Below are positions 1 through 13,690 of a stretch of DNA of 64,000 nt, one piece after another. A program made the position numbers and the translations under genes. The notes under the pieces are model-generated. The model saw only the letters and a program-made list of their open reading frames with translations. It did not search any database and was not told where the DNA came from. Positions within the stretch are counted from its first letter, which is position 1. Every line of letters starts with the position of its first letter. Source of the DNA: Tubiluchus corallicola (Eukaryota > Animalia > Priapulida); the NCBI GenBank assembly GCA_030141605.1, contig JAQGDQ010000304.1, positions 124,001 to 188,000 on the forward strand, written 5' to 3'.

Positions 1-245
1 TTCATATATGTATTCACCTTCATGGGAAAGATGCGATCAAACTATAATATATTCATAATTCATCTAATATATGAATTATAATTTACCTAGTTGTGGCAAA
101 GTGAGCAGCTGAATGATTACTGTGTGCATAGTGATCAAAGTTACACAATATTGAGCAATAACCGGTGAATGGATGGGTAACCACCTCATTCAATAGTTGT
201 TCCAAGTGGTTTTAACTGCCACATTTACCTCATTGAGGGATTACA

Positions 246-474
246 GCGCGTTCAAACTTAGTGAGTTTTCTTGCTAAGTAACCTGCAAGCATGTTCAGAC
301 CATTGACTAAAACTTACAGCGAGCTACTCTGCAAGAAGAAGAGTGAGCTGACGCTCAATTTTCTATTCATTGCAAGAATCTCGCCAAGGCGTTCACAATA
401 TCTAAACAGTAACTCCGCAAAGCAGTTCACACAAGTTTACTGTCAGAGAGAACACTCGCTAGTTTGAATGCATC
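246..474. mobile_element. Short MITE-like fold-back element (possibly PIF/Harbinger-type)
   Basis: Imperfect terminal inverted repeats GCGTTCAAACTTAGTGAGTTTTCT / AGAACACTCGCTAGTTTGAATGC; no ORF. Superfamily is a guess. Confidence 0.5.
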
Positions 475-949
475 ATTTTACATATGGCATGTAGCCGGAC
501 ATAGCTGAGATAGCAGAAACACCTCCTCTGATCCAGTGTCTCATCATAAGAAAATTGCTATATATCACTGATAATGAGATATTGTAAACTGTAAAATGAG
601 TGCATGCTGGAAATGTTTGCATATTTTGCGAGAAGAACCAGAAGCATGAATTACACTAATTTTAACTTGTTACTGGTTCTGGAGAGCAGCAGTTTGGCTT
701 GCCGGCACAAATGTTAGTGACTACTGATTAGCACAAACTTTTTTCCGGTTTAGGGTAGTTTCTTGGTCTATATGTTGGAGTGCTGGATTCCAGTTTGCAG
801 CTATAGCAGGCAAAAGTCAATAGTTTCTAACACTAAAGATCACCATATGTATGTACATGACAAAGTTGCTTGTTTAAAAATATTGGTGTTTTGATAATTT
901 ATAAACATTGCTATATTAACCTCTTAAAATATAATGCATAATGACTTAC

Positions 950-3814
950 CTTGTAACATGCTGCGATAAGCATTGTCTGTGATGGCATATACATGTGGAG
1001 GCACTTCATGACGCTTCTTGCCTTTGTACAATTCGATGACTTTTTCTGTATAAATCGGCAGCTTTTTGTAAGGATTCACTACTACACAAAACAATCCGGA
1101 GTACGTCTGTAAAATCATAATTAAAATAGAAGCTAAAGAGTGGTGATTAATCATTAAATATAACATACAGCTATCAAACTGTAAAATCCATATTGGTTGA
1201 CAACACTTGGAAAACATTAACAGTCCCAAAATCATGTTCTGCAAAAGAATTTATATTTGATTCCCAGACTCAAATAATACCAAAAAAGTAATCTAAAAGG
1301 TGTTTGCTAACTGTTAAACACTTTAAAAATAAGGCCCCGAATAATGACTATTTCTGTCATTCCTTAGCTAAAGATGAGCAAGAAGGCCGTATATGGCTAA
1401 CATTCAAAATCTTGCCTCTTATACTGTCGATTGGTAACAAATAACACAGCTAACGAAAGATACGGTAACTTGACAAAAAATAATCACTTTTCAGACAGAG
1501 AAGAAACAAAACCTTTCTTAGTTTTACATCTCAAATTTACCACGAACCCTCAGCGGCTCACCCACTATCATGGCCAAAGACGCAAGAGACTAAAAGCCTA
1601 CTTATTATTAATTAGTATCCCCACCCCATTTGAGTGTATATTTGCACATCCATTTGGAGACTTAGTGCATTGTAAAAAAATAGATAGAATAGGATTGACA
1701 AGACCGCCATATGTGATAAGAATTAGGACAGCTCTGGAAAGTTTTAAAAATGAGAAAACAAATCTCTTTAGGGCTTACAATTTTCAAGTTTTTGGAAAAC
1801 TAATCAGAAATTTATACATATAAATTTTTGTGGAGTTTTCATCATTAGTTGGTTGCCAATTCACAAGATTACAACATTCACAGCGTAATTGAGTAACCAC
1901 TGTGGTCTTCAATAAATTACTTGAAGGGTTGATTATTGTAACATTAAATGTCTTGTGATTTTCCATTTTGGGCAAAGTTAAGTTATGAGGTGGCAACAAG
2001 GTTATGTGTTCAACAGCTGCTGTAAACGAACTTTTAAACCCCTAAAAACTACTTAAAAAACCGTTCACAATGGCAGACACAATGAAGTAGGATACAAAAC
2101 AACAGGAACCTTTGACCTAATAATACAAACGAAACAGTTTGAATACAAATCATGGTGCAAATTTAGCAATTTTCTCATGAAAATGAGGACAGGCAGCTAA
2201 AACCCTATTTTTTCAATATGTAGAGAGAGAATCTTATACATCATTAATTTTTTACAGCAATTTGACAACATTACATGGCATATTCTTACATATCTACATA
2301 GGTTTTTTTCTGCTGCCTGTCCTTATTTCCACTTCTTGATAATACATTTATGTTAAATATACAGTGGGAATCATTTATTAGACTCACAGTTAATAGACTC
2401 AGTTGCTTAATTCACTCGAAAATGTCTGGTATGGGATGACCCGATTCATATGTATGTAAAAACTCAAATAATTGACTCAATGTTCTTGCTTCAAGTACTT
2501 TTGTGCATGCAAAAAGAGCTTTTACTGCTTTTATGACATCTTTACATCAATTTTGTGCAAAATAATATATGTAGAAACAATCGTTTGTGTTTCGTTTGTA
2601 AGCAGGTACGTTTATCATGCACTGATAATAGAATACTAGAATACACTGATAATAGATACTAGAATAGCATTTTTGCTTCGAATTTGTCACTTGCTCGTCC
2701 TCTGCAATAAAGCTGTTGCCCAAAAATTCATGGCGGCTAAATGTATGCCCAGCGGGTTTCCTTTGAAGCTCTTCCTGCTTTCCACCAAATGCTTAATCAG
2801 TTAACTGAACTTAGCTGTTATGCCACTGATGCAGTGACAGTAAACTGCCAGTATTCTCTGCAACTTTTCAAGCATAACTATCACAGAGCAACCAAGAGAC
2901 AGAATTTTGAAAAATACAGCATAAGTGCAAAACCATGCATTTAAAGCTCTAGCAGGGCATACCAAGTTGACAAATAAAGAAGACTCGTACTTCTATACTA
3001 GTAAAATTACACCCGCCGGCTAAGCGATTCAATAGATTAATTGGATCAAAACTCGTCCATCCCAAGGCGAGTCTATTAAGCAGCACCTACCTGCATTTGT
3101 ATTTCATCTGTTTTCTTTTATACATATATAGAATTTATATATTCGTTGCATACTTGTCCAATGCTGAAGCTGTTTATAGTGAACAAGTTTAAATGAAATG
3201 AAACAGCTTTGTAGATACAGTACAGTATGAAAATTTATAGCATTTAATTTTCCTACCAGTCGGCATGTTTTCTGACCTACATTCTATCCAAAGTTGTACT
3301 AGCTTCGGGTTGCACAATTTGCATTATCTTAGAAAACTATGGTAACTCATTGGGATAAGTCAAGGTCAAGTTAACAGGGAACAGTTAGGTTACACTAAAT
3401 TGACCAATATTGCTAATCTTCCTTCATTATACTCACAAACCATTCAGTCTATGAACTTACATATATCAGACCAGAATAATATCGGTCTTTAAGATTATGC
3501 AGTACAGATGCTTCATTTAGGCATGTCAATTCAGCCATATCCTCTACTTTAGAAAACTTGGGAGGATTCATTTTCTGAATGTCATCTTTATTAACAAGAT
3601 ATCGTTTTGATGTTTCAATTATTTCTACTTCCAATTCTTCGCCTCGCTCTGCCTTGATACTGGCGGCCACGAATCCATGAGAGTCGTGAGGTACCCAGAC
3701 AAGGCGTTTTGCAGTCCATTCTGCTTGTGCAGCAGGATCATTTATGACTTGCTTATCTACGACCAAGTACTGAAGTTCAGCCATGTTGCTCGTACTTTCC
3801 CTGCGATCCGCCAT
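950..3814 (-). CDS. zip: Non-muscle myosin II heavy chain (zipper / MYH9-10-14 family), first two coding exons; gene continues past the left edge
   Basis: Exon 3814-3461 (ATG, MADRRES...KRLVWVP...[39 protein letters not shown], donor GTAAGT) and exon 1106-950 ([19 protein letters not shown]...[25 protein letters not shown]). Hallmark myosin-II N-terminal and motor-domain motifs; phases agree. Confidence 0.96.
2362..3093. mobile_element. Tc1/mariner (pogo/Tigger-like) MITE, decayed copy, in myosin intron
   Basis: TA|CAGTGGG..TAGACTCACAGTTAATAGACTC at left and GAGTCTATTAAGCAGCACCTACCTG at right. Shares internal blocks (e.g. TTTGTAAGCAGGTAC.TTTATCATG) with the copy at 55247-56238. Confidence 0.75.
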
Positions 3815-4130
3815 CTTAAATTCCACAGGTTTGTACAACTTTTCACATAAAAAATTGACTGATTCAAAATACGTCCCACAATTACAGAAAGTTGTAACCG
3901 TGATAACAAATCGCTGGTAATTGATACTTTGCCGAAAATTGGCAACGAATCATTGATCTGTCTCAATTTTATCAAAGATAAGATCACACGACCGGACCAA
4001 CGAACTAGCGGAAATACACACGTGACCTACATGAAATTCGAAGGGACAAGGGATTTCGGAACTAAGACACCGCTCTCATGAATGTATCTATGACTGCTTT
4101 TTCAATGCGAATTTTCCTCGGGCACTCCAA
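3808..4130 (-). promoter_or_regulatory. Probable myosin promoter / 5'UTR
   Basis: Local CpG enrichment, E-box GTCACGTG at about 4019-4026, and an AAGATGGCGG (YY1/TISU-like) start context. Confidence 0.4.
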
Positions 4131-5050
4131 GAGCTAGAGGTTAGAGGCATCTCATAATTCTAATAGGTAAAGTATAAGTACTGTCTTGATTATTAGGGAC
4201 AGTGCCTGGCTGGCTCTGATTGATCCCTTGCATAGTGTTTTTTCAAGAGAAAGTCCATTTACTTAGCAACAAACGTTATTTTGCAATTACTATTAACGGT
4301 TTAAAAACTTTAAATGACCATCTTACCGCCTGTAATTAATATTGCAAAATAATGTCACTTAGTACCCAAGATTTTAGTAGTGATGTTCTAAATACAACAA
4401 AATATTAAATTCTTACGTCCATTTTTGGTTTATTACACCACTAAATGACTGCTTTAGCTCTGGCTGATCTAGCAGATTTAATTAGCAACATGTGACTAAC
4501 TGATGTCCAGCACTATAACTGTAGGTCTAAGTTGCACAGTAAGTGCAAAGCATCAATTTGAATATATCTTCATAAGCTTGATTCATGTGTGTAAATATGA
4601 TAATTTAATAATAGTGTATACTTAGCAAGCACATTAATGAATACGAATTTTCATAAGCAGAATCTTTTGGGTGTTTGCAGGAACCAGGCATTGCATTGTA
4701 TATCTAACAGTCCTAGCAGATGTAAGCTACTGCCTTACACAAGACCCATTATTTTAGTTTTGCTAAGATGTCTGTGATACATTTATCTAACAAATTTAAT
4801 TTAATTTTATATCCCATGAATTACACTAAAATCGTCACAGAATAAAGGAAGTGTTTGATAAAAATATTCACTGAACAAACTAGTTATGTCCACAAATCAC
4901 TATCGTCACAAGTGTGTGCATTACAATTCTTTTTGCATATAAATGTATAGAAACTAAAACCACATTTCGGCATTAAAAATATTTTTTAATAAATTATCTA
5001 CAACAATATTTACAATAAATGGAGTGAATGGTAGCAATTAACAGGCATAA

Positions 5051-8000
5051 TCAGGCAGTCCATTTTAAGCACCTGAAAAAAATTATTGTAGTTATCAAAA
5101 ATTAAGAACATAATGTTTATTATTAATCTTATTTTGGGGACTGAAATATAATAGAAAAGGTACAAATATAAAATCTTTGAAGATTTTAAAGACAAATGCC
5201 CATACTAAGTTGACCAATTTTCAAATTAATATTGAACAGAAAAAAGGTGTGCAAATAATAATCACTTTCAAGTAACAACAAGAAAAACTTAAATCGTGGG
5301 TGAAGAGCATTCGTAATTCCATGAGATAAAATTGGCAGTGTATTAGCTGTTTGAAATGGAACCGAAATTCAGTGTATGTGCATCGCTAAATATTTTGAAT
5401 TTGAAAGCAAAAGTGCATTGGATGAAACATGATGGAGTCAGTAATTAGAATAAGAGTAGTGCGTGTACAAATAACAACTGCTGTCCGTGTAATGTCTGCT
5501 ATGCATTTCTCACTCCTATCTCAGGATGGTGCATAATACGAACGACATGCAAGTTGTACAACGGACACACCTGATGAGCTTGTTTCTGTTTGCTTTGGTT
5601 TTTCATAATGCTTAAACAAATTTAGGAAATCTTTTCCCGCTAAAAATTGCTCAACAAATCAGAGTTAGGTTTAGGTACTTGCCATTATGCACCCAGAAAT
5701 GTAATATCAGCAATACAAATACTTTGAGTAGTAGTTCAGTAAAAACCCACTAATGCAAAAGTAATTCAGTATTATGATGAATTGATACAATACACGCTTT
5801 TAAAAAAATGGATCATGTATTTAAGTTGCTATTGCCTGTGTTTTTCCAAAGTATGTTTTTAACTACTGAAGCCTGCCAAGATCATGAATCTCTAATGTAC
5901 TTATATAATTATAAAGTTACCTGGTATCCTGATGCGTACCCAAACACCGGACAGAGCAGTATCTGGCTCCACATGGCACGCACACATAGTTAGATGGAAA
6001 TGTTTGAACAGTTAAGGCAAACAAATGAATTTAATTAGTTAACGAAAAGATACTTAGCAAAATAAAGCAATGAAGCTTTTTTTAAATGACATAAAGACCT
6101 GGAAAACAAACCAAAACGAGTAACTACAAGCAGGCATACAACAAGAAGGTAAAATTCTTGACGACACGGTTGGATACAGTAACGCGTGACAATTTTAAGG
6201 TAAAAATTCTGAAAACCTCTTCTAAAAAAGCATAAAAAATGTGCATACAAAAATTCACAATTCACATTACAACATAATATTAATATCATACCATTAGATC
6301 TTCAAAAGTGTTTTGTCACTTGCCCGACATACTATTTAAAGGTACTTTTAAAGATAAGTGTTAAATTAAAATAAGAAGATTCCAGACATATGAATGATGA
6401 TATGGGAAATAATACATAAGTCAAACATCAACTTAACAAGGCCTAAAATTAATCTGAAAAACTTGTTCTATTATTTCATTGCAGTAAATAACCAATCTTT
6501 GAACAGTATGCTCAATCTAGGCTAACTTAAAGGATATCCACACACAGCACAGAATTTGCGCTCAGGAAATGCAGAAGGTGGAGCCTGTGCTGACAGATAA
6601 TTTGGTTCATCTGAAGCCAGCATTGTCTGCAATAAAAATCTGTTTGCACACTTTATAAATACATATAACTTGTAGATTTGTACTAAACTACCAGACCACT
6701 TTAGTCTACTTTTGTTAGGCATCAAACATAATGTGTATGTTGAAATTGCATTTTAACCCACTGACTGTGTGCAAACAAAAATCAAACTTGCTTGTATTTG
6801 GTACAGTATTTGCACTTGCAATATGTAGTATAAATGCAAGACTGCATTTATTTTCACAAAAGCAGTTTACATTTAAAAACCCAATGGTACTGTTTGTATG
6901 TTCTTTCTATAGACATCAATGTTGACAAAACTTTTTGAGTCACTGACAGAGAAACTATGCAAATGAAGCCTCTGCATGATGCAACATCCACATGCATCAG
7001 GTATACCAACATTAAGCTAATTAAATTTAAACACTCATGAGTTTACTATTAAATTTTGTTTCAGAAAAGCAAATTTGCACAAGGAATAACATTTCAAGCA
7101 ATACTTTACATAAATGCTGTTGAAAATAAATAGACACTTCATTAAGGAAGTACAAAAAGAGCTAAAAATTCATAATAACAGAAACTGAATTCCCCATTTT
7201 TTATGACTGGTGGCTTTAATCCAGGATTTACGAGAATGTAATCCTATCACTATAAAAATATTAAAAGAAATGAGTGCATCTCTAAATTATACTTGATTGC
7301 CAAAGTAATTTTACATATTTTCTAGAGATTACAAACAGGTGGGTATAACTGACCAAGTAAACCAATTTTTTTTCACTCTGGTCTTGAGACTGTCAATCTG
7401 TAAAGCATAAATCAGTTGCTGCTTGTTTAAAAGCAGAAACAATTTTATGAAACACATTTGCAGTGACAGTGGCTGTCGACTTTTCAAATCAATCTTGTTA
7501 ATGCAGCAAACTTCAATACTTTAAAGGCTGTACTGAATTAATCTCAATAAAAAGGAAAGAGCAAATCTTTTACTAGAAGCCTGGAAGGCAAAGTACAATG
7601 TTACGTAGACTGACTTCTATGGATGCAAGGTCCTCAGAAAGAACCAGACAGTCAAAATTAAATTAGATCAAAAGGAAGTGCAACATGATATTAAAAAAAA
7701 GAAATATTGCACAATGCGGAATTCTATTCAAGCTTCTTGTCACAAACGCTACAAACCACATCAATAGCCGCAGTACTATAACAATAGAATACTTACAGCT
7801 TCTTCAAGTAAAGCAGCAAAGTTCTTTCTATATCTTTGTTTAAGCTGCTCCGATCGACTTTTTCTTTTTTTGGTATTAGCTGAAATTGTAATGTTGACCA
7901 TAAGCCTTACAGAAATTACTCACATGCTTGAAAACAACTATATTATATCTTAATTTTCCCTTAACTATAAACACACACATCATTGCACTTTTTGGCAAGT

Positions 8001-8607
8001 CTTACACATTTTGTCGCTAGACGATTATGAGCACTCTCAGTTATCAACCATGCTGTCTTTAATGTTGCCCTTACCGTAGAACAAAATGAAGCACTATGCA
8101 CATTTTAACCACTGATTTGAAATTACCTGGAAGACTTTAATAAGGAATATGGATTCGATTCGAATGAAGCCAAAAATTCATTTTCTGGCAACCATGAGCA
8201 CCCTACTAGGACCCACACGTGCTCAAGGTCACTTTTCATAATACAAAAAGAAATGTTGTTTACAGCGTTTTATTCATTGTGAAGTTTTTAAATGCGGAGT
8301 TAAAAGTATTCGAATTGATCCATTTACTTGATCCGCTCTACAGGGAAGTAAAAAAGACCAAAAATTGAAAAGGATAGAATGGGCTAAAAATTCATTTCTA
8401 AATATTTCATCTCTGCATCCAGTCACTCCAAAGCACATTTTATTGAAACTTAAAAATTACAAAGTCTGACTTTTAGTTTACACAAACAAACTATAAGCGT
8501 TGAGTATCAATTACATTTTGTATTGTTTTGTGTCGGTAAAATACCTAATGTAACAGTAGTAAACCTAGCAAACGGTAAGTACTTTATCTGGAAATGTCTA
8601 CAAAAGT

Positions 8608-8695
<88 letters not shown>

Positions 8696-11660
8696 TGTGT
8701 GTGTGCGTGTGTGTGTGTTCTGGATATCCTATAAGTATTAAGTTTATTAAAAATACTTGTAACCCAAAGGTTAAATTACATTATATTAAAACAACTTTAC
8801 ATAACATTAATTAAAATAGACTGAAGTGTAAATTACATTACACTTAAAAAACAATAATTTACGTTAAGATTAATCTTATTCAAATCCATTATTATAATAT
8901 CTTGTATCAGTGTATACAGTAGTAATGAACTTACTGATAATTAAAAAGTACATGTGGTACAAAACTACTTTTAAAACGTTTAGGACAGCAAAGAGGTAAA
9001 GGGTACATGAGTTGTTTACGAAGATTGTGCTTACGGGGGTTGAGTTGAGGTAATAAATAATAGAGTCTACTGTCTTGATTTTGGATTGACTTGAAAAATT
9101 TTCAGCAAAGGCCATTTCTATGTGGAGATAACTATTCAATTTTTGATAGCTGCAAAGCATTTACGTAAGGTGTACAGAGGAAAATTAATTTTAAAATATG
9201 TTTTTGAATTGACTCTAGTAACTTTGTCTGTTCTAATGTTAAAGAAGTATGCCATGCAGGACAAGCATCTTTCAATGCTGGTCTTATTAAAGTACAATAA
9301 ACAGTAACCACATCTTTCTGATATGATTAAAAGGTGCGGAGGTTTATAAGTCAACTAAAGCTGTTGAATGTATTCAAAATATAGCTTCTAGGGAGTCTAA
9401 GGTGAGAACTCAGACCAGCTCTGAGAGGTCGGATCTACAGCTCAAATGTAAGCAGGACGTTCTGGATTCCTTACAGAAAAGGGCCGGCGTTTATAAGTCA
9501 ACTCCAGCTGTTGAATGTAGTCAAACGCTGTGTGTTGAACAACGAATGTGTTGAATGGATAAGTGTCTCTGATTGTCTGCTACTAGGGTGAGAACTCAGG
9601 CCAACTCTGCTAGGTTGGACCTACAGCTCAAATGTAAGCAGGAGGTTCTATGTTCAAATCCAGGTTGGTCCACAATTTTTCAGTGCCACTTTCTTTAATT
9701 AATTATCCATTAAGTAGACAAACTTATGTTAAGCGTGATGTCTTTCTTAATGTCTATAAAAGACACTTACAGTCTGGCAGACTTTCCTCAAATTTTGGTG
9801 CTTTCTTATGCATACTTAAATTAGCATGAGGATCATCTTGAAAGTTATCTCTCTCTAAAGCTTCAAGCTGTTTTCTGGTGCGACGATGTCGGGATGCTTC
9901 GTCGAGAATTCTACGCTGCAAGCCATCTTTGATGCGACCTGAAATTATACGTGTACTTTTCTTTACATTAGATTGTATTTCATTTTGTAACGGCACTAAT
10001 ACTATAACATGTCAGTATGGACGAATACCTTTTTCAACAGTTTGTGCCAGTTTGGCATTATTCATTATATAGGTTACAAGTGAGTGAGTCAAATTCTGGA
10101 CTAACTAGCTGCTATAAATGTTACTTCAAGTTTGCTTTCGAGCTCACATGTGTAATTATGACTTTTTAGTGACCCTTAATTGCCATAATGGCATAAGTTT
10201 ACCAGAAATATCATGATGTTTGCTATGCAGGTGATAATGTTTAGCGATTGGAGTCATACAGAAACAAAACAAACTTTACGTTTTTAAGTAATGGTAGGAT
10301 TATTATATAGGCCTTACTTTCAATGTGCGGTCACCTACTGGCAAAATAGTTTGTTAATCTCTCTCTCTCTTCAGCAATGTCATTCATAAAGTAGTATAAT
10401 AAACTATTGTTGTTTGACTTTTGGTAATTTTATAATCTAACATGTACAATAAGTTGTTAAAAATTTTCAATTATAATAGAAAACTTTACATAATTATAGC
10501 CAATAGCCCACATTGTTACTAAAAGCCAAATGACTATTGCTATAGCACTGCATATATTGACACAATTCAGTCAAATTTGAGTGGAAAAAATAACCAAAAA
10601 TAAGTGAAATCCGTGAGAATGAATTTCGACATCAAGGCTACGAGCATTTATTTTATGCCACGCAACATTTATTTTAACCAGTCAATAGATCATTTTTATG
10701 CAAACCATCAATTAAGCCAGCAAAATGACAACCCTGTCGGTTTTGCTAAACTCATTACATTGTATTTATTTTTGTAAATTCTTTATACAAACAACACAAT
10801 AACTATAATTCAAAGTTTTATGCAGCGTTTTAATCTATGTATAGAGCTTCACTGAAAAATATTTTTTGTACAAACTAAGATGCATTTCACTGAATTTCCA
10901 AAACTAGCTAAAACTCGAAAAACTTGTTAATTTCCAAGAATTACCCTAGTGGTTACCTGTGGGAGATTATATTGTTGCCTACTAGACCCCATAGTTCGGA
11001 GTTGGTATCTCTCTGGAATCAACCTCATTTAGCTGTTTTGTATATCTACTTAAGAAAAGTTTTCAACTCAGTCATATTATGTCGTCACATTTGTATAACA
11101 GGTTACACCAAAACTGTAGGTAACCGAGCGGTTGGTAACCAAGGCAAATATTATAAACAGGATTTGGATTATGGATTTTTTTTTAAACTCTAGGCATGAA
11201 AAATTAAACTGTGACAAAAAGAGACTTTGTGGTAAACAGTTACAAATAGCAAATGCAGCGCCTTGTTTTCACACTGTACTATATCAATGTGTTGATATAC
11301 CTAAATAATTATGTGATATTCAAAATCCTTTTTTACATACTGATTCATTCCATGTGAGCAAACATATGGGATTTTTACTATTATTTCAAACTTGTTTGTA
11401 AACATAATGAGTAGGCATATATAATTTTAGAAGACAAGGTAGTTTTTAGTTATGATTATTTTTTCTTTGACTACGAGTGCACTTGAAATGTATTTCAGCA
11501 ATAAACGAAATCGTATTGAATTGATCATCTACGATCTAAGCTACTATAAACTCACCTACGAACAGTTCAAACGTAAAGGAAATTTACCTATCCACTTAGA
11601 AAACTAAAAAGATCTTCAGAAAGCTACGAAGGCCGTACCTGACTCTCGTTTAATATCCAT
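5051..11660 (-). CDS. ZNHIT1: Zinc finger HIT domain protein 1 (SRCAP/SWR1 subunit, Vps71/Swc6 family), 6 coding exons, 154 aa
   Basis: Exons 11660-11639, 9938-9771, 7879-7797, 6626-6538, 6001-5921, 5072-5051 total 465 nt in one frame: MDIKRESGRIKD...LEALERDNFQDDPHA...RYRKNFAALLEE...PNYLSAQAPPS..PERKFCAVCGFPSNYVCVPCGARYCSVRCLGTHQDTRCLKWTA*. Intron 4 is AT-AC. Confidence 0.95.
6002..6537 (-). other. U12-type (minor spliceosome) AT-AC intron, 536 nt, ZNHIT1 intron 4
   Basis: 5' site GG|ATATCCTTTAA, branch site TGCCTTAAC about 10 nt before the 3' AC. Splicing here restores CAVCG-FPSNY in frame. Confidence 0.93.
8608..8718. repeat. (GT)n microsatellite with interruptions
   Basis: Directly visible. 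Confidence 0.98.
9343..9690 (+). repeat. Dimeric direct repeat ending in a tRNA-like B box (possible SINE remnant), ZNHIT1 intron 2
   Basis: Blocks GTTTATAAGTCAACT..AGCTGTTGAATGTA and GGTGAGAACTCAG..TACAGCTCAAATGTAAGCAGGA each occur twice. The second unit runs into GTTCAAATCCAGGTTGGTCCA. Confidence 0.55.
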
Positions 11661-12739
11661 TGTGGTGCACACTTACACCGCCAGTCTTTTTATAGACCAA
11701 AAGGCAAAACCAAGGTTACCGAAAGCTTTGCCACATTTTGACGTAATCACCATAACTTCTCTCACATGCTTCCTAAAATAGGAATTACTTTTAATTTTTT
11801 GACATAACAAAAAAACATCGAAGTACCAATATTATTTTTGTTTCAAATCACCAGGCGCTACCACCACGCGCTGATAATTATCAATGAAACCGGCGAGGGA
11901 CCCATAAGGGGGATATTTTACGGGGAAGTTAAGACCAAAGACTTTTCTTAGTCATTATTCTCTCCTTCACGACCATGCTGGGATTGTATGTATAGTATAC
12001 TACGAGCACATGATATTTGGTCACGGCCACACTTTGGCCGAGACATTTAAGCACCAATAAAATTTATCAACGTTCCCATTTTTTTAATTTTTGTTCACTG
12101 AATTTTTAATGACTCACTGTAATTTTTTAATTCTCACAATGTTTTTTTTAAAGCACAAGAAAACCCTTTACTTACATAGTAATAGTCTGTTCAATTCATC
12201 GATAAACTTTAGTTCTGTTGGAAGTGAAATCTGCTAAGATAAATATGTGCTACAGTTGTTGTCCAATGGAGAGTGGAGCCAATTGTCATCATATAATCAA
12301 ATCAATCATTCATATCAATTGTTTTCTGAGCAAAATAATATACAGTATCAGATATTCATCACCAAACTTAAAAATTGGCAATGAGAGCGACTCATTATAA
12401 TTTAATGGTAACTATACAGACTATAGCATCACTAATATTTCAATGATATAGATTCACTACGGACTACAGAGGCAGCTGCTACAGACAATACCTATGAAAT
12501 TTCTAACACCGGTTAGAGTGCAGTTATAATAATGTCACTGTGGGTATATTAAATTGACATATACGTATGGAGGCATAGCCCCAACAAAACCAACTGTATA
12601 TCGTAAAAGATAATTCTTTTGACTGTAGTTGAACATTATGTAATGGACTATCATTAGAAATTAAACAAGTTTGTATACTTAGCATAGCTAGTCAGTCCAG
12701 TGTCATATTATTGCTCATAGAGCATATCGACTAGTCATA

Positions 12740-13027
12740 CCCATAGCATTTTTCAACATTTTTAAATGTCTCGAAAACATTATAAGTTATATTGTAGGGT
12801 CTCAATAAATGTTTAAAAAATGTTTTGGTCCTGTTTTTGTGAAATGGTCTACAAAGCAACCTAGTTTATGCATCATTAATACATGTACTGCAATTTTGTG
12901 CATTATTTTAGCCTGCAATTAAATAGTTTCTAAAACGTTTTGAAAATATTTCTGAGACCTTACACTGAAATAATTTTTGAGATTGTTTGTCAGATTTTGT
13001 GAAAACGTTCTATATGTATTTGGTGGG
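12740..13027. mobile_element. MITE-like element between ZNHIT1 and STUB1
   Basis: TA|CCCA ... TGGG|TA termini with internal inverted AAAACGTTTT/AAATGTTT and GGTCTCA/TGAGACC motifs. Confidence 0.5.
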
Positions 13028-13690
13028 TAGTACGCACTGAAGCGTTAGCGCCCAATATTGCCACTATAGAAACATTCATTCGTGCACGTCTATTCTTGTA
13101 TATTGTTGATTAATTAAATAAAATATAGTTGAGACTGTCATCAGAACTTACTTACTAACAGATTATCTGACATCTGTAAGTGATTTAAGTGTTAGTGCAA
13201 ATACAAAAATCTCTGTTACCATCCACCATGCTGCAGACAGCCTACTGCGAAATACTGCAGGTTTCTATAAATTTGCACATTATATCCACACAACCAGTTG
13301 GTTGGAAAGCTTGTTAAACTCTTTATCCAACCATATAAGCTTTTTTACTTATTTTTTTAATTGGGGGGGGAGGCAAAGAAATGATATTCAAACTGTGTTG
13401 TTATGACGATTTGCAAGTCGTGAAGTTTCCATGTTGGTAGCCAATATTGGGAAGACATGCAAGATGTTAAATGATTGAGAACACTTGCATTATTAATATA
13501 TTATCTTGCAAGGTATTGTTCATCCATAACTCACTGGTTCAATCAGTAAGCCCAATTTTGTTTCCCTCGGCACTAGGGAAGGCTAGTGCGTCACATAATA
13601 ATAGAGCGTGAAACTGAAATGAATTGAATCGATAATTGCTAAAGATTTCCATGACATTAGTTTGAATGCGTCGTCCAATAGAAAACAAAA

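Noticed and set aside
1-949. Expected next myosin exon (DREDQSILCT)
   Set aside because: Not found in the window; presumably lies beyond the left edge.
8523-8814. ORFs with CVCVCV runs
   Set aside because: Translations of the (GT)n microsatellite.
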